DNA of 63,865 bases, the filler included, from Sluysia triapertura (lineage: Eukaryota), in the NCBI GenBank assembly GCA_046118255.1. It is 4 parts of 4 records of this genome, joined end to end, with 100 filler letters (N's around TTAATTAATTAA, not from the genome) between each part and the next. Parts side by side here need not be neighbours in the genome. Positions count along the whole stretch, not along the records: positions 37,332 to 52,843 come from JBJNIA010226239.1; positions 52,944 to 63,865 come from JBJNIA010191484.1; 2 more parts are not named here. The stretch is one strand, 5' to 3'. Positions 52,514 to 63,865 of this stretch are shown here, in pieces. Below the pieces are notes generated by a model that was given only the letters and a program-made list of their open reading frames with translations, was not told the origin of the DNA and did not search any database. The translations under genes and the position numbers were made by a program. How positions within the stretch are numbered: the first letter of the stretch is position 1; each line of letters starts with the position of its first letter.

Positions 52514-52606
52514 CATTTTACGTCTTCTGTATGTAACCGAAATACCGTCTGCAGAAACACAGATAAAGACCCTTTGCTTTTTTCTTCTTTGAGATTTGAA
52601 ATCATA
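52514..52606 (-). CDS. PTB-domain exon of a NOS1AP/CAPON-like adaptor
   Basis: AG|YDFKSQRRKKQRVFICVSADGISVTYRRRKM|GT, 93 nt, compared with recalled CAPON [24 protein letters not shown]. Flanking exons not found. Confidence 0.6.
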
Positions 52607-52843
52607 CTAAATATAATTGTAAATTATAAATCATCTAAAATTGTATCTTTTATTTAAAAAATATAAATAAAATATAAAAATTAAAAAATATAACATTTTA
52701 AAATACTTAATTTTAATGCTATTTCGCGTATGATATTAACATGATGAAACATTAATTAATCTAAGTTAGTTTTGTAGTCGTAAATATACAAAACGAATGT
52801 AATTATAATAATAAAATATTTGTTTATAAAATGTCATAAAATG

Positions 52844-52943
52844 NNNNNNNNNNNNNNNNNNNNNNNNNNNNNNNNNNNNNNNNNNNNTTAATTAATTAAN
52901 NNNNNNNNNNNNNNNNNNNNNNNNNNNNNNNNNNNNNNNNNNN
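52844..52943. other. Synthetic contig linker
   Basis: N-TTAATTAATTAA-N. Confidence 0.9.
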
Positions 52944-55900
52944 TAAACAAATTAACTTGATAATTTCATAATTAAATCCCTGTATAGTTTTATTTTATTA
53001 ATCTTCAGTATTTAATATTCATGCTTTGTTAAAAATAAAATAAACAATTGATTTTATTTTGAAATTTGTTTATCAATAGAAATTAAATTTTACAACTTAA
53101 TTCTGTTATAAGGTTTGTTTGAAACTGTTTAACTAAGAATTTATTTACAATTTTTAACTAATAATAAATTATTAAATTGTGAAATATTCAAAATAATATT
53201 TAATAAAAGTTAAAATTATTTATTAATTAAATAAAGTAAATATAAATAGAATAAAACAAAATAAGATTAAATTTTATTTATTTATGAAATTTTTTTAGAA
53301 ATTTCTAAAATTATAAAAATTAAAATTATTAAAAAATTATTTTTATTATTATATTCCTTGATGTAGTAAAAATTTTTGTTTAATCTACAAAATTTATTAA
53401 TTATAATAATGTAAAAGTGCATCTTACTAAATCATAATAAATTCTACGTATTTTAACAGATGTCTTTCAACTTGCATTTGAAATTATCGTATTTATACAT
53501 CATTGTTACAGTATGTAATTGAAATCGTTTTATTTTACTTTCATTTTAAAAAATTTTTAAATTTTAAAATAGTACGAATAAATATTTTAACATTAAAGTT
53601 GCAGAAGTAAACTGAAAATATAATTGGTTTATTTAATTTTGTGAAAAATTTCACATTTCATTTTTGTTTATTTCTTATGTAAGAAGATAAATTATTTTTT
53701 ACAATTATTATTTAATAGTTTATATTAATTTATTGTTTTTGTTATATCTTATAATTACAGAATTGTATAATAAATATGTAATTATACTATAAATTAAAAT
53801 ATTGGAATTTATGAAAAGATGTAATTATATGAAAAAAATGAATTACTTTGTTTTATACTTAATTTCTCTAAGTGGTTTTGCTATAATTGTCATAATTGTT
53901 AACACACTGGATAATTCGTCTAAATGAAAACCTTAATTATATTGGGAAAGTTTAAATTTTATTTATTAAAATTTATTAAAATTTAATCTTTCCTAAGCAC
54001 AAAATTAATTTTACTTTTTCTAAATTGCACAAGTGGTATATCTTTAGAAATATGAAATAAAAAGTTTTCATATTTTGTTTTAATTTTAACTGCACGTCGA
54101 AACTAGTCTAAGACTAGGTCTTAAGTATTAGCGTTTAAATTGAAATATATGTAATAGAAATAAATGTGGCAATATAAGAAATACAGTTTATTTTTAAAAT
54201 GATTATTGTAATTCTTGAATTAAATTTACATTGTAAATGATACTTTAATAATTTTTAAATTCGAATATATAAACGAAAGTCAAATTAGAATTATTTAATT
54301 AATATATTTTCAAAAAATTGATATTAATAATAATAAATAAATGATTTTAGTGTAAAATTTCATGTTAGTTTTAATAGTTGAATTGTTTATTAATAAATAA
54401 ATAATTTAAATTCGATTTGAGTTTATTTTTTGAGTTAGGCTTTTAATTGTGAAAATTTTGTGTTTTCGCTGCATATAAATATGACCTGTAGAGGATTCAT
54501 TGGAAATAAAATAGGTTAATAGTTAAATTAATATTTGAAAATCGATGAAAAAAATTAGATTTCAAATTTTCAGTAATACAAACAGCTGTTATTCTAAATT
54601 AAATGAAACACGATTAATTGTCTATGGTAGATGTTAGGCGCGAAACTAAAACTAAAGAATATAAGATAAAATATGGATTCAAAAAATGAAGATGGAAGAA
54701 AATATTAACTGTATTGTCAAGTGAACATATTATTTTATTAGAAAATCAAATATTAGAAAATTGTTTAATAGAGATAAAAAAAACTAATTGTTCATACATT
54801 GGCAACTAATAACAATAATAATGGTATATTGTAATGATACATATGGAAATTGTTCATAGTGCTGAATCAATCAATTCCTGAATAATTTTCATGTAAAAAG
54901 AGGATCGCAAATAATATCTTATTTTAAAGAATTATACTGATTACCAAGAAGTTCTGAATATCTCTTGGAAATAATAAAAATGCAGAAACCAAAATGCATA
55001 TAAAACAATTTATAGAGATTACATATAAGTAATAATATAAGTGATAGGTTTCAAAAATGTAAGATCACCTAGCAAAGAATGTGATATCACTGGAAGATTA
55101 TGAAATATTTAAGAAATAGTACAATGAATGATTTACTCAATAAACTTTTGAATAAACTCTCGAAATAAGTGTCCATTTTCAATAATTTTTGAATGTTTTC
55201 AATAATCAAATGTATCGTTTCTGAGAAACTTAGGAGTCATTTTAGTTATTTAAATTAGATTTGTGACGTTAATAAAGCAAAAGTAAAAATGTATGGAAAT
55301 GCAAAGCTTACTAAATCTTTATAAATGGTCTTTTTTCATATGATGCACTTTCGTGGTTTTCACCACACAAAGCTGATGAGAAAGAAGAGATCGAATTTGT
55401 CTTTAGCTTTACACACCAATTGCTGTTGCAATGACTGGATTGTATTAAAAAATCTGAAATCTAAGACTTTTGAATCGAGACTATTATGTGATTGAGATTT
55501 ATTGGTTGTTACTGAAATTGCTTGCTCTGGTTTTGACAGTTTTTGTAAGATATTTTCCACATTTTCCATTAATTTCTTGTCCGAAGATTTGTGTAAGGTC
55601 GTTTTTATCAAAAGAATATGCTCTACGAAAAGCTACAAAACTTATAGTTTCTGTTAAAAGTTTCATCTTAACGTTTAAAAGTAAAACTACTTTTTACTTA
55701 ATCTCAAAATATTAAAATCTCAAAATATTATTAATTATTATTAATGAAAAATCAATACTAAAATTTTATTTTAAAATCACATAAATAATTAATGATTTTT
55801 GTTAAAAATAAATTTATAATCTTATTTTGAAAAATTGACTAGAAAAATTAAACTGATAAATATAAGAATTGAATTCAAAATAATATTTATAATTTATAAT

Positions 55901-57625
55901 ATTTATTATTTTAATATCTTATAACTGTAATACTGAAAATATAAAATTAAAATAATGATTTCAAAAAAAAATAAAATAAAATCGATATTGAAGTATTGAA
56001 GACAAAAACATGTTAATATATTATAAAAATAAATAAATATTATTCTAGTTAATAAAATTATTAATAATAAAAATATAATTTATGTAATTGCATAATTTTG
56101 ATTTTTGATTACAAAATTTCCTATATTATCATATTTCTATATCATATTTTTATATTTCGTATAATTATTTATAGGTAATATTGAATTAAAAAAATGTTTA
56201 TAATCTGTGTAGTAAATTTATTTTTACATTTGTATTGGCAAATTAATAAAGAATTTTAAAAGTACAAAATAAATATTTTTGGGATAGAAAATGTCGTCAA
56301 AAAATTTTCAATAATTTATATTTTAATTTAAATTATACATTTTAATTTACTTAACTTAATATATTTTAAAAATTATACACTCATTCAAAAGTAAATTATA
56401 AAAAATATTTTTAAGCACACTGCAAAGAAAATAATTAATTAAATAATGGTTTTCTCTAATTTAAACATATAATAAAAATAATTATTAATTTATATACCGC
56501 CAATATATTGAGAAAAATGAATCATTCATTACAATATTACTTAAATAGAAAGAACTTTATATTTTTCTTAAATATTTCGTAATTTTCCAGTAATGTGACA
56601 TTGTTTATTTTTACAACATAAATTGTATATAACCTATCATTTAAATTAATGAAAAACTATGATTGACTTTGGTTTTATATTAAATTTTCATTTTAATTTG
56701 TAAAATATCAGTAAAATAATTTTAATTGAAATATTTATGGTATAAAATAAATAATACCATTAATAACGATTGTTTTGATGTATCAACTATAAATTAAAGT
56801 AATAAATCAAAATAAGCAAAATAAATTTTAGCCAAAGTCCATGGCTTTTTATGAATTAATTGAAACGACCTGATTTAAAGATCTGGATAAATGAAACTGA
56901 CACAATTGTAAGATAATTGCAACTTTTTAAATACATTTTTGTATACTTTCGCATATATAAATTTTATAAATTATGTAATGAAAATTAAAATCAAATATAT
57001 TAGCATTAATTTTTCATTTAAAACATTAATGAATATGATTGGTTTAAATTCTTTTATTTTAATATGATATTTGAAATAGTGTTTGCGGCGTTGGAACCTC
57101 ATTTTTATAAAATTATATAAAATAATATAAAAATAATGCGATCATTTTACAACTTAAAAGATATCAGAAGCGATTAAAAGCTCAATAAACATTAACAAAG
57201 ATCTAAGAAACACTTTCAAGCACCAAAATGAAATTAGAAAATTATCATACACACACGAAAAGAGAAGTATTGTGTTTTTATCTTTTTAATATTCTTTAAA
57301 TTAACCACGATAATTATAAAATACAATTAAATGAGTCTAAATCTCAATATATTATAACGATATAACAATAAAAATAAAATAATAATTAAATCCATATGAC
57401 TCAATCTCTTAAGACAACTAATTATTCAGTAAAATAAACTTAATTATAATACCATGTATATATTGTATTTGAAAAGAATAGAACTAGCAACTAAGTTAAT
57501 AAATGTCGTAGATTCGCCAATTTCAACGAAAAGCAATTCTTCTGTTGAAGATAACTTATAGATTCTCCCTTTTAAAGAAATGAATTATATATTAACTTTC
57601 TATGTATATTATTCGTTTAACAATA

Positions 57626-58400
57626 TGTAGAATTATTTAGAAGTAAAGAGGAAACAGTGAAAATCAATGAATCTTGTTTGGGAGTACATGTATAATATGT
57701 TTAATTTATTTGACACGGTCGTTGAGAAAGTACATCTGTGGTGATCCAACTCGTAATTCATAATTTTGTTACCATGACTCCACTCAACTCTAAAAACTAC
57801 CATCCCTACACAAATACACAATCTTTAAATACATTTCATGGTACTATCAACAATAACACTAAACAATTTATAAAACCTATCATAGAATACAATATGCACT
57901 TAATATTTTCAGAAAATTCAGCTCCCCAATAATAACTTACTTGCATTACCTTCTATTGAACACTTCAATACGCCTTTCAATGAATTACAAATATTCAAAA
58001 ATTACAAACAATTTCAACCATTTAACTTTCAACATTGGCAGCAAATTAGCTTAATATTATATTTCACCCTTATAAACAAATCACAACATTATCAAACAAC
58101 AATCGCATTAAACCATTTTATTTATATAGATTCGAGTCAGAAACTTCCTAATCGTTCACTTACTCATAATTTTGACAATTCTAAATTGCATAATCATTCA
58201 ACGAGGCTATCAATTGTTAACACAACAAATTACCATATAAACTCACTATCTTGACTGTCCTACATACTTCACTATAACACTTCTATATTTTCAAATCAAT
58301 CATTCCACTATCTATTTACTCAAATACCTTTCGAACTTCTCAATTTTAATATTCTTTATTCACAAACCTATTTGAAATAACTCATTCATTTTTGATCCGC
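57626..58400 (+). mobile_element. LTR retrotransposon 5' relic (short LTR, PBS-like TGG, decayed gag)
   Basis: TGTAG...GTACA followed by TGGTGATCCAAC, then LNTFHGTINNNTKQFIK (gag-like L..F.G.....FI) in a C/A-rich, G-poor tract. Confidence 0.4.
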
Positions 58401-60411
58401 AATTTTTAAATTTCGATGTCAAAATTCCAAGAAAAAGAAGAAAAAAGAAATAAAAAATTATATTTTGATACTTTTGATAACAATAATGACTATCACAAAT
58501 ATTATATTAATGACAATAAAAATTAATTAAATGGCAATAATAAATTTGTTAATTAGTTTAATAATTAAATTAATGTTAATTAAAATTACATATAAAAATA
58601 ATAATGGTTGTTAAGCCAATTACTAGTTCACACTTTGTAACTTTGCAATTTGTGCAAGTAATAGACCAACATGATTAGACAAAAAGTTACGTAAAAATTA
58701 TGCCAATAAAAAGATTTTGAAATAAACATTTGATGAGTGTAACACAAAAAATGCAAGAAAAAATTACACATAAAAAGGAGTATAGATAATCCACATTACG
58801 ATATAGTTTATCACTACATCGTCATCATCTCGGAATAAAGATTATCATCAAATCACGATCAACACTGTCATCAAAAGGAGCAAAGTTTATATATATCGAT
58901 GTTAGAACGATTCGTAAGATGGAAGAATTCAAAAATGTTAATTCTAAGTTTCATTGACCTTAATGACCTTCAACGCGAACTAATCAAGTTGGAAATTAAC
59001 CGTTTGATCTATTTCATCTTCATTTAACATTAAGTTTTTCATCGTTCATCGTTTTTGTTCATTGTTTTTGCAACACAAGCCGCAATACGTGCTGCTGTTG
59101 AACTACTTTTCTTTAAATATTCGCGTGTACTTTCTTCTCTTTTTTCCGGAATTCGACACCCAATACCAAAGATGAAGATAAATTACTTTCCAGAAATCAA
59201 AGTAATGTTCAACCTCTTAGCTCTAATGCAGCATCAATAATTCCAATCTGTGTCTATCTTCGAAATGTTTTAGTTCATGTAAGTATAATTTTATTGCGAA
59301 TTTTCAAACTACCCATTCTCGTTGATATATATTTTCGTATTTATTCATTATCTTCGTTCTTGCTTTTATTTGTTTAGGTTTGTATGAAGCCCATATGAAA
59401 TATATGTTATTTTTAATGGAATTTGTATGAAATTTAACAATAGTATATACTCATCATTACGACTTTTACTAGATTAAATCATTTTATGTCAAAACCAAGT
59501 TCGTTAATAACAAAATCAAAGCATTCAAAAAATAGACATTTCTAAATTAGAACAAAACTTTATTGAGAAATCATAAAACAAAATCTGTGTCCTATAATAC
59601 CATCAATATGTTCTTAAGCAGTATTACTAGCTATATCAAATAGATGAGTTCGATCGAAAAGATATTTAAAGGAAATAAAGATATTTCATAAGAGAAAAAT
59701 TTAGTCGTTTGTGTATTGCATAGTTTATGAGTATATGTATTTTGATTCAAAGTAAAATCATTAGTTTCAACGTAACAGATCAATGCGGTATAAACATGAT
59801 GATAATACCTGTAATTAAGTAACCTTTCAATTTCCAAACAGTGCATTTGATTCGTAATCGATCTATCAAAGTAAGTAGGATGAATATTAATGAGATAGAA
59901 AGAGATTATAAGTGTTTCATTCGAGAATTTACATAAATAAGCCTTTTTAATTCCTCATCTTATCATTATAATTTTCGTCAGATTTCTAGGTAGTATGATT
60001 TCATTCTTATTATTTAGTCTACGAATTAACTTCACTTTTGATAATCTTTAAAAAAAGTAACGTAATACATTGCTGGTTACGAATAACGGCTCTACTAACT
60101 TTGGGGTTTGACATGTACTTGTACTTTCCACAAACCGTTACGATTTTCAAATTATTTAGATGTAGCAAAATAATTGAAGTGCCCCCATAAAAAAGTAAAC
60201 AAAGATTTGACATTATATATATAAACATATGTTCTATTATAACAATAAATAATTTTGAAGACATTAAAGTAACTACATACTTGACGTATACATGGAAGTT
60301 GAATATCCACTTGATAAATACCGAATCTCCGACTACAGCACTTAATTTGTCCTAATTGCATACAATCTTATGAGACACAGAACAGTAATTTACTTTTAAT
60401 TTACTATTAGC

Positions 60412-60820
60412 TTAATTTTTCATCTTTGATCTAAAGTTTAACTGATCGTATTTCAAATTTAGTTTATTATTTGACTTATAACAACTCGTATTCGATTTAG
60501 AATTAGATTCGTTACAGTTTATTTTTAGATTCACATCCGATTTATCACACTTTGTATTTAATTTGAAATTTAATTCAGTATACAGTGTATATTTTAGAAT
60601 CATATTGATTGAACTTTATATTCCTATTAACATCAGAATCATCATGCTTTATGTTTGAGTTGACATTCAATTGATCATACTTTAATTTTAATTTGCCGCT
60701 TAATTCATCACGCTCTAGGTTTAAATCATCATTCACTTCATCATTAATTGATTTGGGTTTGTTAGTTAACATATCACACTTAATGCTCAGATCATTATTA
60801 TTAAAAATTAAAATCTGCAT
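60412..60820 (-). repeat. Degenerate 33-nt / 11-aa coding repeat
   Basis: DLNLERDELSG KLKLKYDQLNV NSNIKHDDSDV NRNIKFNQYDS / KLNTKCDKSDV NLKINCNESNS KSNTSCYKSNN KLNLKYDQLNF. Confidence 0.65.
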
Positions 60821-63800
60821 AAATTACAGATACATAAATACTTTACATATTTAAACTTCTTAGTAGGTTCCTTAATAATGCTTTAAATTATCTATTGTTC
60901 TATTTCGTTTAATGTGTTGTTATAGATCGTGTTTTCTATTTAATAACCATAATTCGGGTTTTTTTACTTTGTTGTAAATCTTTTAGTTAGTTCTTTTGAA
61001 AATTCTATTTCATTGTCATTATCTTTAAATATGTGTTATATTTGCTTTATTCGATTCCAAACACTCCTTTTGCTAACTAAGATACTTCTGTTGCTATTCC
61101 TCAAGTTTGTTGTTGAGGGTTTAAATACATTGCGATCTTTCCTTTAGTATATTATTCAATTCAATGTTTTCAGCTTCCCATTTATAGACTGTTGATTGTT
61201 ATTCCATTGATGTTTCGTTAAGACTTAACTTCATGATTTTTGATTCAAAACGTTTGATGATTGCTTATGTGATCGAGCAAATAACAATTATTGTTTGTTT
61301 CATAAAGAATTCTTGTAATTCCAGTCGATATTCGTTGTAAGTTATAAAATGTATGATGACAATTATGATATCAATTGAGTTAGATTATTGCGTTTTTCAG
61401 AATAGTAAATATGTTGATGTAAGGTAAATAAGAATTCCAAAAAAATCATTAGAGTTACTGTTAGAGAACGGCATAGTTTAATTGATACAGTAAGAACATT
61501 TATTTAAGATACGATGAAATTTCACTGTCACGATTTAATATATGTTACTAGAAAGGAATTTTAAATTGTGATTTTATATTGTTAAATTTATTAATATGGA
61601 ATGCTATAATGTGAAAGTTTGTGATTTGTGTTTAAAGTTTGATTTGTTGTTGAGGCTCGGAATAAAACTGGGTAAAGGGTTGTACCACCACATTTTGTAA
61701 TTTCATAACAGCAAAATTATAGTTCCATAAACTTTTTGAAAGTTTTAAAGTATCAAATATTCTTAATAATAAATTCTTCAATTTCATTATATTAAAAATA
61801 TGGTTCCACAAGATTTTGAATGTTTTAGAACACTGAATATTGTTAACCATTTTGTACCATCTAAATGCGACTTCAGGATATAACTATAAACATATTGTGT
61901 TATTAAATATGCTTAATATATTAAAGTTCGTTATTGTTATTTAAAATTTCATAACAATAAAAATAAAATTGATAAAGCAGGCGACTAAAATTTACTAGAG
62001 TAAATGATGACAAATTTGATACTACTAATGATAATAAAAACATAACTACATGCACAATATTAAAAGCAAAATATTTAGGATCGACAGTGTCATGACTTCT
62101 AACAGATCAAAGTCCAACTTCTAGGACTAAAATGATTGATAAGTTGTTGATATTCTGAAGTTCTCTATAGATTACACATTTCGTCATCATCCTGCAAAGC
62201 TTCTTGGTATTTCGATATCGTTTTAGATGATTCATTAATAAAATGACTTTCTAATTACACTAATTTCATATACTAAATTCATCAGTTAGAAATAAGGCAC
62301 CAAGTCATATAATTTTCTCTAAAATTTCAGATAAATATAAGTCTTTATTCCAAGAACAAAACTTTAATCACTAGAAAAATCATTGGCTCACAACAGATTG
62401 TATTTCACATAATACAAGGCATGCATTTATTACCACCTTTAGGTGTCACTTTGTTTAAATCAGTTTGTTCGGTTGCGATTGTATATTAAATATATTTTAT
62501 AGATTCTTGTGCAACAAAATTAACGAAGGAATAAACTGCCACAACTTCCAGTAATTAAACTCTAATATCACCTAAAATGTGGCCTTTGTAATTAATATTT
62601 TCAAATATAATGCCAATCACTAAATGATTTCAATTCAGCTTTTTATGTCCATAAAATTATGTCTATCCATATACACTTAATAAATTATTTGTGTACAAAG
62701 GTATAAAATTAAATTAATAAATTATTAAATAAATTTAAAAATTTTAAATAAGGTTACTAATTTTAAAAAAAAATTAAAAATAAAAATTATATTGTACCTA
62801 CTCTAAGTTGTAAAAATTTACCAGAAAGTTGAAATAATGTTCAGAGAAAACGTTAAAGACTTCAAAAGCAAAATGCACTTATAAAAGTAAGTAAAAACAA
62901 AATAATAATAATAGAAATAAACAGAGAAAACAACATTTTCACACTAAACGTAAACACAAGAAAAATCCACTAAAAAGGAACGCCAACAATCACAAATAAA
63001 TACTAACTAAATAGCGGAAATAAATGCACATGGCTAGAACTATAATATAAATCATAATATAAATTATAATTAACTAATATATTAAGAAAATTGCTCTACA
63101 ATGATAGTATAAAACCAAATAAATGTAGATTATTATACAACTAAATTGGATAAATAATAGAATGATGAATTAAAGCTAAACTTGTTGGCTCTGTTTTGTT
63201 ATAATCAAAAGTGCTATATAAATAGCAGAAATTTATGATTAAAAATTATTATTTGAAACTTTTTATTTGATTAACCTTGATTAACTTGGAATTCGTCAAT
63301 GCAGAAAAATATTGTTAATTAGGAGAACAGATAACTCAATAATTTTAAAGTTAATTCTTTCTTTGAATATTTTTTAAAATTTATTTTTAATAAGACTAAC
63401 TCCTAAAATTATTAAGACAATCATTTTTAGTGTTTACTTAAAATATTTAATTTAATTAAATTTGCTAAACAGTTTTCTTTTTTCTCTCACTGCTTAACTT
63501 AGACAGAGAATAGTAAAATTTGACTCATTTATAAAATTTCACTTCAATCGTTTTTAAAAAGTACTCACAAAATTCAATATTACAAATTTCAATAATTTCA
63601 ATACCCTTCTAAATACTTTTCTAAGTTTAGATAGTTTTTAATATGTAAAAGAATATGATTCAACTAATACAGAATTTCAAACAATTGATTAAAAATTATT
63701 TACTTGCAATAATAAATTATTATAATTATTATTATCATTATAAAATTGGATAATTTCATTTTTATAATATTTTATTTTTACTTAACCTTTTGACTACCAA

Positions 63801-63865
63801 TGGAACGATGGGTCCCACAGAAACTATGTTCTACATCAGTGGGTTAAAAGTAGCTTTAAACAGCC

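Noticed and set aside
58800-62660. Further decayed coding-like stretches (also about 6.2, 6.9, 14-15 and 48-50 kb)
   Set aside because: Multiple stops and no recognisable motif; cannot be supported without a search.
63782-63847. piggyBac MITE between TTAA sites
   Set aside because: The putative TIRs match poorly and TTAA is ubiquitous here.

Overview
Very AT-rich eukaryotic (animal-type) genomic DNA with 31-47 nt GT-AG micro-introns. This fits a compact parasite genome such as an orthonectid, but that is only an inference. The window is four pieces joined by synthetic N-TTAATTAATTAA-N linkers (21254-21353, 37232-37331, 52844-52943), so adjacency across the linkers is not real. Intact-looking genes are few: the 5' part of PGM3, a tandem di-ubiquitin-like gene, and isolated SLC7 and NOS1AP-like exons. 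Decayed gene copies include MROH1, cystathionine gamma-lyase, GDP-fucose synthase, a FkbM/METTL24-like methyltransferase and a PH domain, alongside many TE relics. Two observations stand out. (1) A degraded Ty3/Gypsy element (minus strand, about 29.4-35.1 kb) carries a chuvirus-like fusion glycoprotein BETWEEN gag and protease/RT, apparently as one gag-X-env-PR-RT polyprotein. (2) A family of tiny solo-LTR-like elements (TG...CA ends, 4-bp TSD) carries a tRNA-like Pol III gene internally. All homology calls are from manual translation and recalled motifs; no searches were run.
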